Assembly: GCA_037441775.1 (NCBI GenBank)
Contig: JBBIRO010000014.1
Coordinates: forward strand, 1-53,011
Source of the DNA: Syntrophobacterales bacterium
GTDB taxonomy: Bacteria > Desulfobacterota > Syntrophia > Syntrophales > CAMTWB01
Length of the DNA: 53,011 nt
Direction of reading: 5' to 3'
The notes beneath the pieces are model-generated. The model was not told the origin of the DNA, ran no database searches, and saw only the letters and a program-made list of their open reading frames with translations. Positions 9,723 to 19,578 of the stretch are shown here, in pieces (position 1 is the first letter of the stretch; every line of letters starts with the position of its first letter). The position numbers were made by a program, and so were the translations under genes.

Positions 9723-11004
9723 AGTAGTAGTGACCGGTATCGGGGTTGTCGCGCCCAATGCGATCGGTCGCCAGGACTTTGAACTTGCCCTCAGGGAAGG
9801 CCGGTCCGGGATTCGCTATATTCCGGAATTGAAGGATTTGAATTTTGGCTGCCAAGTAGCCGGGATACCTCCCGGTGTCGAGGCGCTCTGGCCTGAATAC
9901 TTTCCGCCGGAGGAACTGGATTCAATAAACGACAATATTGGCTATGCCGGGGTGGCGGCGATCGACTGCTGGAGAGACGCTGGTTTGGAATTGCCCAGTC
10001 CCGATGACCAGCGGGTGGACTGGGATACCGCGGCAATACTGGGTTGCGGTATCGGAGGGATGCAAACTATCGCCCGGACGCTTGTTCCACTGGTGAACGA
10101 AAAAAAGATCAGGCGTCTGGGCAGCCGAGTGGTGGAACAGGTCATGAGCAGCGGCACCAGCGCCCGGGTTGCGGGTCTGTTGGCTTTGGGCAACCAGGTG
10201 ACCTCCAATTCTTCCGCCTGCAGCACCGGCAATGAGGCGATAATCGAGGGGATGATGCGTATCAGGAATGGTTTGGCAAAAAGGGTGCTTGCAGGCGGAT
10301 CGGAAGGGTCCTCGTATTACATCTGGGCCGGCTTTGATGCGATGAGGGTTCTGGCCCGCTCTTACAATGATCGGCCAAAAGCTGCTTCCCGGCCGCTGAG
10401 CGCCGGCGCCGATGGTTTTGTCCCCGGTTCCGGCGCGGCAGTGCTGCTTTTGGAAGATCTCAATTGCGCCCAGCAAAGAGGCGCTCAAATCTATGCCGAA
10501 ATAATCGGCGGCTATCTGAACTGCGGCGGGCACAGGCAGGGCGGCTCGATGACTGCGCCCAATCCAGAAGGGGTGCGACGCTGTATCCTGGGCGCAATAG
10601 CCGACGCTGCGATTCATCCCCAGCGGATTGGCGCAATCAACGGCCACCTGACCGCAACTTTTGCGGATCCGGCGGAAGTATTGAACTGGTCGGCGGCTTT
10701 GGGGAGGGGACCCAAGGATTTTCCTTACATCAATGCCACAAAGTCGCTAGTGGGTCATTGTCTGGGAGCGGCCGGTGCCGTCGAATCGGCGGCCGTGGTC
10801 CTGCAGCTCTACCGGGGATTCCTCCATCCATCAATTAACTGCGAGGACATCCATCCGCAAATAGAGGCCTATGCCAACTCGATCCCGCGTCGCTGCCTGC
10901 CTGCAGACGGCATCGACATCATCGCCAAAGCGGGCTTCGGCTTCGGCGATGTCAACAGTTGCCTGATTTTCAAAAAATGGCATGAAAAGGGTAATGAAAA
11001 TTAA
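9712..11004 (+). CDS. fabF: Beta-ketoacyl-ACP synthase II family protein
   Basis: VVVTGIG, SACSTG (Cys), NGHLTAT and KSLVGHCLGAAG (His, His), GFGFG. Confidence 0.9.
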   Translation: MRPRVVVTGIGVVAPNAIGRQDFELALREGRSGIRYIPELKDLNFGCQVAGIPPGVEALWPEYFPPEELDSINDNIGYAGVAAIDCWRDAGLELPSPDDQRVDWDTAAILGCGIGGMQTIARTLVPLVNEKKIRRLGSRVVEQVMSSGTSARVAGLLALGNQVTSNSSACSTGNEAIIEGMMRIRNGLAKRVLAGGSEGSSYYIWAGFDAMRVLARSYNDRPKAASRPLSAGADGFVPGSGAAVLLLEDLNCAQQRGAQIYAEIIGGYLNCGGHRQGGSMTAPNPEGVRRCILGAIADAAIHPQRIGAINGHLTATFADPAEVLNWSAALGRGPKDFPYINATKSLVGHCLGAAGAVESAAVVLQLYRGFLHPSINCEDIHPQIEAYANSIPRRCLPADGIDIIAKAGFGFGDVNSCLIFKKWHEKGNEN

Positions 11005-11022
11005 ATAAAAAAGGAGAGATAA

Positions 11023-11277
11023 ATGAACGAACAGAAAATATTTTCCGAGATGCTCGATATTCTCAAACAGTACACGAAGGATCCGTCCTTGCTTGCAAAT
11101 GCTAACGCCGAGACGAACATCATCAAGGATCTCAAGGTAAATTCCGCCCGGCTGGTGGACGTGATCATCAAGTGCGAAGATACCTTCGGGATTGCCATCG
11201 AGGATGAAGAGGCCGACAGGATAGTTACCGTGGGCGACGCGGTGGCAATCATTCGAGAGAAACTCAGCAAAGTTTAA
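11023..11277 (+). CDS. acpP: Acyl carrier protein
   Basis: 84 aa acidic protein; DLKVNSARLVD (Ser attachment site, NS variant of DSL), EDTFGIAI, TVGD. Confidence 0.9.
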   Translation: MNEQKIFSEMLDILKQYTKDPSLLANANAETNIIKDLKVNSARLVDVIIKCEDTFGIAIEDEEADRIVTVGDAVAIIREKLSKV

Positions 11278-11279
11278 AA

Positions 11280-12020
11280 ATGACCAAACGGGAAAAATTT
11301 TTCGTCAAATTTCAATACTTTCTGGGATGGATAACGGCGCCTTTTTTGGCTCCGCTGTACATCATGGGGCTTAAGATGATGGGATACCGGATTGGCAATA
11401 TTTCGCAAATCAGAAGGGTCTGCCGGAAGCTTTTCCGCGAACACCCCGGCCCCTGGATCATCTGTGCGAATCATTTGACCATGATTGATTCACTGATTCT
11501 TACCCATGCGCTTTATTCGCTTCCCGGGCATCTGCGGCATTACCGGAAATTGCCCTGGAATCTGCCGGAACGGGACAATTTTCAAGCCAACCGTTTTTTG
11601 GCGCTACTGTGCTATCTGGCCAAATGTATTCCGGTGAATCGGGGCGGCAGCCGCCAAGCAATGGCGAAGGCGATCGATAAATGCGATTACCTCCTTAGCG
11701 ATCGACAATCTCTCATGATCTTCCCCGAAGGCGGACGTTCCCGCACCGGACGGGTGGATACCGCAAACTATGCATACGGGGTGGGGCGGCTGATCAGTAA
11801 CCATCCTCAAGCCAGGATACTGTGCCTCTATCTTAGGGGCGATCATCAGGAAGAATTCAGCGTCCTTCCCCGCTTCGGGGAACGGTTTTATATAAAGCTG
11901 GAGCCGTTGATTGTAAAGCGGGAAAGCTTGACCGGCCTTAGAGGGCAACGCGCACTTGCGGCGCTGGTGATTCACAAGCTTGCCCGGATGGAAGAGGAAT
12001 ACTTTGCTTCACTGCGGTAA
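11280..12020 (+). CDS. PlsC-family (lysophospholipid) acyltransferase
   Basis: NHLTMID (HX4D) and FPEGGRSRTG motifs. Confidence 0.88.
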   Translation: MTKREKFFVKFQYFLGWITAPFLAPLYIMGLKMMGYRIGNISQIRRVCRKLFREHPGPWIICANHLTMIDSLILTHALYSLPGHLRHYRKLPWNLPERDNFQANRFLALLCYLAKCIPVNRGGSRQAMAKAIDKCDYLLSDRQSLMIFPEGGRSRTGRVDTANYAYGVGRLISNHPQARILCLYLRGDHQEEFSVLPRFGERFYIKLEPLIVKRESLTGLRGQRALAALVIHKLARMEEEYFASLR

Positions 12021-12738
12021 TGACATTGTGGATTTGCGGAGTCTCGAGGCGGCAGGGAAGGGGAGGGACAGGAGATTCGTTTCCCGGGTGCTGACAACAG
12101 CGGAAGAAGAGCTGCTGGCCGCGAGCGGCTACAGCGACTGTGTTCTATGGCTTTTGTGGGCGGCCAAAGAAGCGGCTTATAAATTGGTAAGCAGGACTCA
12201 GGCAGGATTGCCATTTATCCCCAAACGTTTTCAGGCTACCTTTCCTGACTGTGGCAGCGTTTCACTTAGTAGATCAATTTTTGCGGGCCCAAACGGCTGC
12301 GTAGAAACTCCCTGCGGGGTAGTTACGGTAAAAGCCGAGCTGACAAACGACTATGTCCAGGTGATCAGCGCCGCTTCAGGAGCAATTCTCAACCAAGTTA
12401 TGGCCGGAAAAATAAATCCTTTTGATCAAACAGACGAAATACCAGTGGCACATGAGTCGGAACTGACCTGTCGTTTTGCGCTGGCGGCTTTGGCGAAGGC
12501 ATTGGGGACGAAGACTAGGTCTCTGGAAATAAGACGGTTAGCAACGCCCAGGGGGCCGGGGCCTCCTGTTGTGTACCATGAAAACAAACCGGCCGCGGTG
12601 AACTTGAGCTTAAGCCACCACGGCCGCTATGTTTCCTACGCCTATATCACGCCTTCAGAGATTACAGCCTTCTCAGCCAATCCGCCATTTCCGCCGCCTG
12701 GTGTTCCTCCTGCTGAATGGTCAGGTCGAGCTTCATAA
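12004..12738 (+). CDS. 4'-phosphopantetheinyl transferase family protein
   Basis: GNDIVDL, WAAKEAAYK and SLSH motifs; TTG start at 12004 follows GAGG. Confidence 0.85.
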   Translation: MLHCGNDIVDLRSLEAAGKGRDRRFVSRVLTTAEEELLAASGYSDCVLWLLWAAKEAAYKLVSRTQAGLPFIPKRFQATFPDCGSVSLSRSIFAGPNGCVETPCGVVTVKAELTNDYVQVISAASGAILNQVMAGKINPFDQTDEIPVAHESELTCRFALAALAKALGTKTRSLEIRRLATPRGPGPPVVYHENKPAAVNLSLSHHGRYVSYAYITPSEITAFSANPPFPPPGVPPAEWSGRAS

Positions 12739-13519
12739 CAAGCCCGCCATGTTTGCTGAACTCAGCGTCTTGCCGCAGTTTCAGATGCCTTTCGCGGGCT
12801 GCTTGGACATCAGCGGTGGCTTTTGTCATTGACACAGCCGGATCGGTGATCTTCTTCAGAGCTATATGACCGAACTTGGGGCTCCGGCCGTCTTCGGCCA
12901 GGGCTTCGGTGAATAGGGAGAGCTGCTTCATTTTTTCCATTGCCTGATCCATCAGTTCCCAGCCCAGGATACCATGCTCCTGAAGAGTCCAGGACATTTT
13001 AATGTGCTGCCACATCTCGGCGTACTTGGATCCGGTTTCATCCTGGAGCATTTTGATAAAATCGGGCGGCAAGTCACCCTCGGCTCCGCAGGGACGGTTG
13101 GCATCCGCCGGAGAAAGCTTGTCCAGCAGACGCTTAAACCGGCGCGCGTGGACGGCTGACTCCCAGGCTTCCCGCTTGAGCACCCTCTTAATGTGCGGGT
13201 CATCAACCAGGTCAGCCTCGCCCAGGTAATGCGGAATCAGGTTTTCCTCGTACTTGATGTATGACTCAAGCATGGTGCGCTGGCTGGTCGGATCGAACGG
13301 GTAAGGCCCCGGCGTCAAATCCGGTTCGCCTCCCAGCTTGCAGATGATCATCCCCAGCCAGTGCAGGTGCCACATCTCCTCGCGGGAGCGGGCCAGAAGA
13401 CTGGCGCCTATTACCGTGTCTTCTCCTTCCTGGTAGGCGTGGGTCAGGTAACGGATGATGGCGGCGTGTTCATCAGCCAGATCCCGGTTCAACATTTTAA
13501 TCAGCTCTAGATTTTTCAT
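12662..13519 (-). CDS. Ferritin-like (bacterioferritin/rubrerythrin fold) protein with two tandem domains
   Basis: N-domain has E...EEMWH...E...ESAVH diiron ligand pattern; C-domain is a degenerate repeat. Confidence 0.75.
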   Translation of the reverse strand: MKNLELIKMLNRDLADEHAAIIRYLTHAYQEGEDTVIGASLLARSREEMWHLHWLGMIICKLGGEPDLTPGPYPFDPTSQRTMLESYIKYEENLIPHYLGEADLVDDPHIKRVLKREAWESAVHARRFKRLLDKLSPADANRPCGAEGDLPPDFIKMLQDETGSKYAEMWQHIKMSWTLQEHGILGWELMDQAMEKMKQLSLFTEALAEDGRSPKFGHIALKKITDPAVSMTKATADVQAARERHLKLRQDAEFSKHGGLVMKLDLTIQQEEHQAAEMADWLRRL

Positions 13520-13649
13520 GATAGTCTCCTCATGGCGTTATTAGGGATGAAATCCTAGTGATTCTATTATGAAAACTTAAATTAATACAGCGAGCGAATC
13601 AAGAAGTAATCTCCTTTTTCAACAGTTTTTTTTATCCGTCGGTCTTGGC

Positions 13650-14624
13650 TTAATCAGGCTGTTGACTTTTTACCTCCAGCAGTGAGACCCTACTGAATGG
13701 CAGGCTCAGAAGTCCCATTAAAACAACAACGCCAAGCGCCAAAAAGTGATGAACAATGGCCAGACTCAAGGCCTCAGACTCGGCGATGCCAAAAAAGCCG
13801 AGGCCGACAATTGTCGCATAATGCCAGTTGCCGATGAATCCGGGGGCGGCCGGGATGGCGATTCCCAAGATGAGGATCACGTTAAGAAAAAACGGCGCTA
13901 AAATAGGCAGATCAAACCCAAAAGATTGGAAGAGGATGGAGATTACCAAGACGTGCAAAAGCCAGATAAAACCGGAAAGAAGCGCGACCTGGATGAGTTT
14001 GTTATCTTGTCTTAACACATTAAACCCATTGATGAAGCTTTTTATGATGTCGCTAACCTTGGCGGCGAATCGGCCCAAATGTAGGTCGATAAAGGGAGAC
14101 AAATGCTGCAGTAATATTTTCCTTTTGACAATGACTAGCATCATTGAGACCACCAGGGCAATCGTTACGAAAGAAAAGATAATCGCCGGCTTGATGAGCC
14201 AGGGCGGCAGGGGTATGAAGATCAAAAGTAAGCCGGCCATAAGCAGGATACTCAGGCTATCCATAACCCGCTCCACAACGATGGTGGCCAGGACCGAGGA
14301 CAGCGGGAGGGAAGTTTTTTTTGCCGCCAGATAGGCCCGGATAAACTCTCCCAGGCGAGCCGGGAGTGCTACCACGCTGAAGAGGCCAATATTAGTGATG
14401 ATTATCAGGTCGGTCTTGCCAATGTTTGTAAGCGGGCTTAAGATTATCCCCCAACGCAGGACGCGCACAAACTGGATCAGGATTATGACCAATAATGCTG
14501 CGGTAAGAGAGAACAAATCGATGGCGGCCAATCGGGAAAGTACGTCTTCCCAATGGATATTCCGGAAAGAAAGGTACACGAACAAGGCTCCCAACAGTAT
14601 CCCGGCAACAAATTTTTTACTCAT
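13650..14624 (-). CDS. Lysylphosphatidylglycerol synthase TM / flippase-like membrane protein
   Basis: RVLRW, LPARLGEFIR, VVERVMD and PAAPGFIG motifs; many TM helices; alternative start at 14699. Confidence 0.85.
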   Translation of the reverse strand: MSKKFVAGILLGALFVYLSFRNIHWEDVLSRLAAIDLFSLTAALLVIILIQFVRVLRWGIILSPLTNIGKTDLIIITNIGLFSVVALPARLGEFIRAYLAAKKTSLPLSSVLATIVVERVMDSLSILLMAGLLLIFIPLPPWLIKPAIIFSFVTIALVVSMMLVIVKRKILLQHLSPFIDLHLGRFAAKVSDIIKSFINGFNVLRQDNKLIQVALLSGFIWLLHVLVISILFQSFGFDLPILAPFFLNVILILGIAIPAAPGFIGNWHYATIVGLGFFGIAESEALSLAIVHHFLALGVVVLMGLLSLPFSRVSLLEVKSQQPD

Positions 14625-14701
14625 CGGCCACACTCCGGGTAGGGGAGGCTGCAAAAGACATTGTTCGGCATCAATCTTGACGACTTCGTAATTAGCCATA
14701 A

Positions 14702-14808
14702 ATTCCCTCTCCCTTGAGAAAAAAGGTTTACGGTTGGGTTAAAAATAGGCGTCATTGCCGTGCTTAGATCAGCCTACCCTTTATCCCATACCGTGAGGGA
14801 GAGGGAAT
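14702..14808. repeat. REP-like long hairpin element
   Basis: Perfect 13-bp IR ATTCCCTCTCCCT / AGGGAGAGGGAAT; homologous to the interior of the 1242-1399 element. Confidence 0.7.
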
Positions 14809-15215
14809 CAATTTTTCTTAATATTATCGGCGACCCGGTCGTGTAAAAGCTGAGATGATGCTTTGTTACCTACTGCTCCTACCCTTATGCCGACGGTGGT
14901 TAGGTTTCTCGCCTTGTATTTGACTGAAATAGTTACCTTTTCATCGCTGATAAAGGCAGATATGGTTCCCTTACCGATTTCGCGGTATGGTTTCACATCT
15001 GTCCCGCGCATCTGGGCCACAGTCTTTTCACAGGCCGTCCAAACGCGGTCGAATTCCGCGGGATGGTCGGTTTTCAACTCGCCGCCAATGTACATGTAAG
15101 TACCGGAAGCTGCCGTGACCGCCGCGACGCCGCCTACTAACAGTGGGGCTCCGCAACCGGTAAGCGGGATCGTCAGTAGTAGGTACAGACAATACTTTTT
15201 GATTCTGCCTGCCAT
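14808..15215 (-). CDS. Lipoprotein, DUF3568-like
   Basis: Lipobox LTGC, Gly/Ala-rich segment, YIGGEL and IRVGAVG motifs. Confidence 0.7.
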   Translation of the reverse strand: MAGRIKKYCLYLLLTIPLTGCGAPLLVGGVAAVTAASGTYMYIGGELKTDHPAEFDRVWTACEKTVAQMRGTDVKPYREIGKGTISAFISDEKVTISVKYKARNLTTVGIRVGAVGNKASSQLLHDRVADNIKKN

Positions 15216-15280
15216 GACCTGTCCTTTCTTGTAAGTATTGGTTATGCCGTATCTCCGTTAAGCCCTATTGCGGCTGATTG

Positions 15281-16345
15281 TTAGTGCGGCTCACCGCCGA
15301 CCCGGGCGAATTCCCGGAGTAATTCTTCCTGCTTTTTGTTGATGCTGGTCGGTGTTACAACCCGGATTTCAATCAGGTAGTCGCCACGGCCGTACCCTTG
15401 CAATTTGGGAAAGCCCTTACCCTTCAGAACAAATATTTTGCCGCTCTGGGTTCCTTGGGGGATGTTTATCCGCTCCGTTCCGTTTATGGTGGGGACTTCG
15501 ATTTTTGCGCCCAGGGTTGCCTGAATAAAGCTTATGGGTACCTGCGAACACAAATCATCTTGTTTTCTATCAAAAAATTCGTGGGGTTCAACGCTTATAA
15601 AAACGTATAGATCGCCATTTTCACCGCCAAATTCTCCTTCTTCTCCCTCGCCGCGAATTCTCAGGCGGGAGCCGGTGTTTACCCCCGGAGGAACCTTGAT
15701 ATTGAGGGTCTTGGAATATCTCACTTTTCCTTTGCCTTTGCAGGTATTACATAAGTCAGTAATAACCATGCCCTGCCCGCCGCAGGCATTGCAGGTGGTG
15801 GTCAGGGTAAAGAAACCGGTGGACTGGCTTACCTGTCCTCTGCCGTTACAGCGACGGCAGGTGGCCGGCGGCGTCTCTGGATTGGCGCCTGTCCCGCCGC
15901 AGGTGTCGCATTTTCGGGATTTGTCGATCTCCAGATCGGTGGCAACTCCGTGTGCCGAATCCATGAACGAGATGGTCAGATCGTAACGCAGGTCGGCGCC
16001 GTTTTGCGCGCGGCTGCGTGTCCTGGTGCCGGCTCGGCCAAACCCGAAGGCATCCTCAAAAATGTCAGAAAAATTCGCAAAAATATCATTAAAGCCGGAA
16101 AAACCATTGAACCCGGTGCCTTTGAGTCCCTCAAAACCATAACGGTCATAGATACTTCTTTTTTCCCGGTCCTTAAGTATTTCGTAAGCCTCCGCAGCTT
16201 CCTTGAATTTTTCTTCCGCCTTCTTGTCCCCGGGATTACGATCGGGGTGGTACTGCATGGCCAAACGACGGTACTCTTTTTTCAAGTCTTCATCAGATGC
16301 GTCTATTGGTACATTAAGTACCTCGTAGTAACAACGTTTCTTCAT
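15281..16345 (-). CDS. dnaJ: Chaperone DnaJ
   Basis: J-domain HPD, DIF motifs, four CxxCxGxG repeats and C-terminal domain. Confidence 0.95.
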   Translation of the reverse strand: MKKRCYYEVLNVPIDASDEDLKKEYRRLAMQYHPDRNPGDKKAEEKFKEAAEAYEILKDREKRSIYDRYGFEGLKGTGFNGFSGFNDIFANFSDIFEDAFGFGRAGTRTRSRAQNGADLRYDLTISFMDSAHGVATDLEIDKSRKCDTCGGTGANPETPPATCRRCNGRGQVSQSTGFFTLTTTCNACGGQGMVITDLCNTCKGKGKVRYSKTLNIKVPPGVNTGSRLRIRGEGEEGEFGGENGDLYVFISVEPHEFFDRKQDDLCSQVPISFIQATLGAKIEVPTINGTERINIPQGTQSGKIFVLKGKGFPKLQGYGRGDYLIEIRVVTPTSINKKQEELLREFARVGGEPH

Positions 16346-16411
16346 GTATTGCCTTTAATCCCCCTCAAATACTTAATACCCGTAAGGTCTCCTTCCAGAC
16401 GCATGCGCCCG

Positions 16412-17299
16412 TCAGGATATTAGCAGGCAAAGCGCCTCTTCATAGCGCAATCTTGTCTTTTTGATGATTTCCTCAGGCAGCCTGGGCGCCGGTGGAGCCT
16501 GGTTCCAATTGATGCTTATCAGATAATCGCGCAAAAACTGCTTGTCATAGCTTTGCTGGGCGCGTCCCGCTTCATATTTGTCAAGGGGCCAAAAGCGGGA
16601 TGAGTCCGGCGTGAGCAGCTCGTCTATTAGGATCAGCTCGCCTTTGCATAAGCCAAACTCGAACTTGCAATCGGCAATGATTATCCCCCTTTGGAGGGCA
16701 AATTCGGCGGCGAGGTTATAGATGGCCAGGCTGGCACTTTTAAGCCGCTCGGTAAGAGCATGACCGAGCATTTCCTCTACACAGGCGATGCTTATCGGAG
16801 CGTCATGCTGCCCGGGCGGCGCCTTGGATGAGGGGGTGAAGATCGGTTCAGCAAGCTTGTCTGACTCCTTCAACCCCGACGGTAATTTGATCCCCGAAAC
16901 TGAGCCGGAATGGAGGTAATCTTTCCAGCCGGAACCGCTGAGATATCCGCGGACGACGCATTCCACCGGCAGAGGTTTTGCCCTTTCCACCAACATGCTC
17001 CGGCCCCGCAGCTCCTGGCGGTAGGGGAGGAATTGCTCCGGATAGTTTTCGCAGTCAACTGACAAGAGGTGATTGCCGATTACCCCGGAGGTCTTTTTAA
17101 ACCAGAAAGCCGACATGGAAGTGAGTATATTTCCCTTGCCGGGTATCGGGTCGGGCATCACCACGTCAAAGGCGGAAATCCTGTCGGTAGCTACGATTAA
17201 GAGCTTATCCGCGCCTGCATCATAGATGTCGCGCACCTTGCCCCTGGTTATGACACTCAAGCCGGGAAAGTTTGTTTCAATAATGCCTTCTGTAAGCAT
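16412..17299 (-). CDS. purC: SAICAR synthetase
   Basis: GKVRDIY, TDRISAFD, ECVVRGY, ADCKFEFG, TPDSSRFW, DKQFLRD. Confidence 0.96.
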   Translation of the reverse strand: MLTEGIIETNFPGLSVITRGKVRDIYDAGADKLLIVATDRISAFDVVMPDPIPGKGNILTSMSAFWFKKTSGVIGNHLLSVDCENYPEQFLPYRQELRGRSMLVERAKPLPVECVVRGYLSGSGWKDYLHSGSVSGIKLPSGLKESDKLAEPIFTPSSKAPPGQHDAPISIACVEEMLGHALTERLKSASLAIYNLAAEFALQRGIIIADCKFEFGLCKGELILIDELLTPDSSRFWPLDKYEAGRAQQSYDKQFLRDYLISINWNQAPPAPRLPEEIIKKTRLRYEEALCLLIS

Positions 17300-17308
17300 T
17301 TCAATATC

Positions 17309-17935
17309 CTAAAGGTACGGATTGTTGTTTTTCTCGTGACCGATGGTAGAGGTCGGCGTCCGGCCGTAGTTGTGGCCGGGTAAGACCTTGGTCGCGTCCG
17401 GGAGAGTAAAGAGCCTTTCACAAATGGACCTAGACATGATATCCCAGGAGCCGCCGGGCAGGTCGGTCCGTCCCACCGCCTCCACAAAAAGAGTATCGCC
17501 GGTGAACACGACCCCGTCGCCATAGAGGGCGATCCCACCCTGGGAATGCCCCGGGACATGAATCACTTTGAGGGATTCATTGCCGATTTTAATAAGGTCG
17601 CCGTCTTTTACTTTGATATCCGCGGGCGGTGACTTGCGGGCGCCGAACATTTTCAAAATCATCGCCGGTGTGGAATCGAGCATGTCCGCATCATCCTCGT
17701 GAATAATGATCTGGGCGCCGGTCTTTTGTTTCATTTCCACATTGCCGGCCGTGTGGTCCACATGGCCGTGAGTGTTGACTATATACTTAATGTTGAGATT
17801 GTTTTTCCTGGCTTCGGCGATGATACCGTCGATGTCATCCGCCGGGTCGATAACCAGGGCTTCGCAGGTCTCCAAATTTCCCACCAGATAGGCAAATACG
17901 GCCATGTGCCCCACCTGCAACTGCTTTACAAACAT
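17309..17935 (-). CDS. MBL-fold metallo-hydrolase (glyoxalase II-like)
   Basis: THGHVDH, PGHS, TGDTLF, GRTDLPGG, PGH. Confidence 0.9.
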   Translation of the reverse strand: MFVKQLQVGHMAVFAYLVGNLETCEALVIDPADDIDGIIAEARKNNLNIKYIVNTHGHVDHTAGNVEMKQKTGAQIIIHEDDADMLDSTPAMILKMFGARKSPPADIKVKDGDLIKIGNESLKVIHVPGHSQGGIALYGDGVVFTGDTLFVEAVGRTDLPGGSWDIMSRSICERLFTLPDATKVLPGHNYGRTPTSTIGHEKNNNPYL

Positions 17936-18035
17936 AAAACCTCCTGTAATATTAAGTCAGCGCCTCTAAACGAGTATATATAACTATCATCCCTAGCGGT
18001 TTCTAGTCAATGCTTTTGGTTGATTGGCGTCATTA

Positions 18036-18381
18036 TTGACTACTTCGTAAAACTGTCGTAATGACCGAAAAACCGGCGCTTCACTGCCAACAGCATTTAT
18101 TTATTCAATGGCTTGCAAAACAAGGTGTTGCTAATTTAACAAAATTTATCATCGGCTTCTGCAAGCCGCAAAACAACTTGCGTCTATCCCGTAACGATTC
18201 AGTCTTGGGCTGCGGCGTTAAGATTATGGCGATAATAAGGCGCTGCCGCCCCTGGTTATCGGGTCTCTCATTGCTATTGGCAGGACGGAATCGGGCACAA
18301 GGCTCGCGGCTACAAAAGCAACTTCCCCTAACGAGGGATTTTGCGCAACTTGAGGATCCGGACTTTTAACGAAGGCCTCAA
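18036..18381. repeat. Longer member of the MITE-like family
   Basis: Imperfect TIRs TTGACTACTTCGTAAAA / GACTTTTAACGAAGGCCTCAA; internal GGCTCGCGGCTAC (GTAG-type REP end on the minus strand). Confidence 0.55.
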
Positions 18382-18470
18382 TCTTAATAAAACTCATTAA
18401 AATCTGTTGACTTTTATCTTCATTATATGCCATATGACCACGGCGACAGAACAAATTATGGGGGGATGAA

Positions 18471-18803
18471 ATGGCTGAAAATACTAGCGTAATACATCTT
18501 AATGACGGCGATTTTGAACAGCAGGTGCTCAAATCAACGCAACCAGTCCTAGTTGATTTCTGGGCGCCATGGTGCGGTCCCTGCCGGGCGGTCGCCCCTT
18601 TGCTTGAGGAGCTGGCGAAGGAATATGGCGACAAGGTCAAGATAGCCAAGATAAACGTTGATGATAATCAGAAAACGGCAAGCGCCTATGGCGTAAAAAG
18701 CATTCCGACCTTGATCCTTTTCAAAGATGGGAAGGTCTCAGATACCGTGGTAGGGCTGGTCCCGAAGGAACGGCTGCAGAATTTCATAAATAAATCAATT
18801 TAG
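18471..18803 (+). CDS. trxA: Thioredoxin
   Basis: DFWAPWCGPC and SIPTL. Confidence 0.96.
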   Translation: MAENTSVIHLNDGDFEQQVLKSTQPVLVDFWAPWCGPCRAVAPLLEELAKEYGDKVKIAKINVDDNQKTASAYGVKSIPTLILFKDGKVSDTVVGLVPKERLQNFINKSI

Positions 18804-18832
18804 TAAAGCGATGGGTTGTTGCGTCAGCTTGG

Positions 18833-19573
18833 GTGGAAACACCCGGACGGACTGAGGAGAGGTGCGCTGATGCGCCTCCAGGAGGAAGAATTTTGTATTG
18901 CAGAAAAATTATTCCAGCTCTGCTAGTTATGATTATCCTTACAGCCGGATGCGCAACCGGAAGGCGGGGCGAGATGGTCAAGGCCTCACCGGAGGGTCTC
19001 TATCAAAGGGCGAGCCAGGATTACCAGAAGGGACGGTACAGGCAGGCGATCGAAAACTTTCAGCGGCTGGCGGACGAGTACCCCTTGAGCGAACTGGCCT
19101 CAATGGCCAGGATCGGCATTGCCGACGCCCACTACAGCAGCAAGGAATATCCTGAGGCGGCCCGCGTCTACCGGGAATTTGTCTTCCTATATCCTAACAG
19201 TGAACATCTGCCTTACGCAATGTATCAGCTCGGACAATGTCATTTCAATGATCTGCAGGCAGTTGACCGGGATCAGACCGAAACACTGAAGGCAAAAATC
19301 CAGTTTGAGGCGTTAGTTGCAAGATTTCCGGAAAGCGGATTTTCATTTATGGCCCAGAAGCATCTCAAGGAGGCCAATAAAAGACTGGCCGAACGAGAGT
19401 TTTACGTAGCAATGTTTTATTACGACAGAAAGAATTACCGGGGGGCAATAGGCAGGCTCGAGACAATAGCCAGAGAGTACCCCGGCATAGGACTGGATTA
19501 CAAGGTAAGCTATTACCTGGAACAAGCCCGCAAGAATTTGGCTGCTCAAGAGACACAAAAAGGAGATAGGTAA
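18833..19573 (+). CDS. bamD: Outer membrane assembly lipoprotein BamD
   Basis: Lipobox TAGC, TPR repeats, DRDQ and LAEREFYVAMFY; the true start may be TTG near 18893. Confidence 0.88.
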   Translation: METPGRTEERCADAPPGGRILYCRKIIPALLVMIILTAGCATGRRGEMVKASPEGLYQRASQDYQKGRYRQAIENFQRLADEYPLSELASMARIGIADAHYSSKEYPEAARVYREFVFLYPNSEHLPYAMYQLGQCHFNDLQAVDRDQTETLKAKIQFEALVARFPESGFSFMAQKHLKEANKRLAEREFYVAMFYYDRKNYRGAIGRLETIAREYPGIGLDYKVSYYLEQARKNLAAQETQKGDR

Positions 19574-19578
19574 CCGAT

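Noticed and set aside
9922-10647. Long antisense ORFs (also 22627-23271, 34848-35477, 42813-43382, 47120-47785)
   Set aside because: Shadows of well-supported genes on the opposite strand; no motifs
4784-12738. Ladderane, aryl polyene or alkylresorcinol cluster
   Set aside because: No radical SAM enzymes, chain-length factor, ammonia lyase/ligase, DarA or type III PKS in the window
18061-18369. 102-aa ORF
   Set aside because: Lies wholly within a MITE-like element; no RBS or recognisable domain
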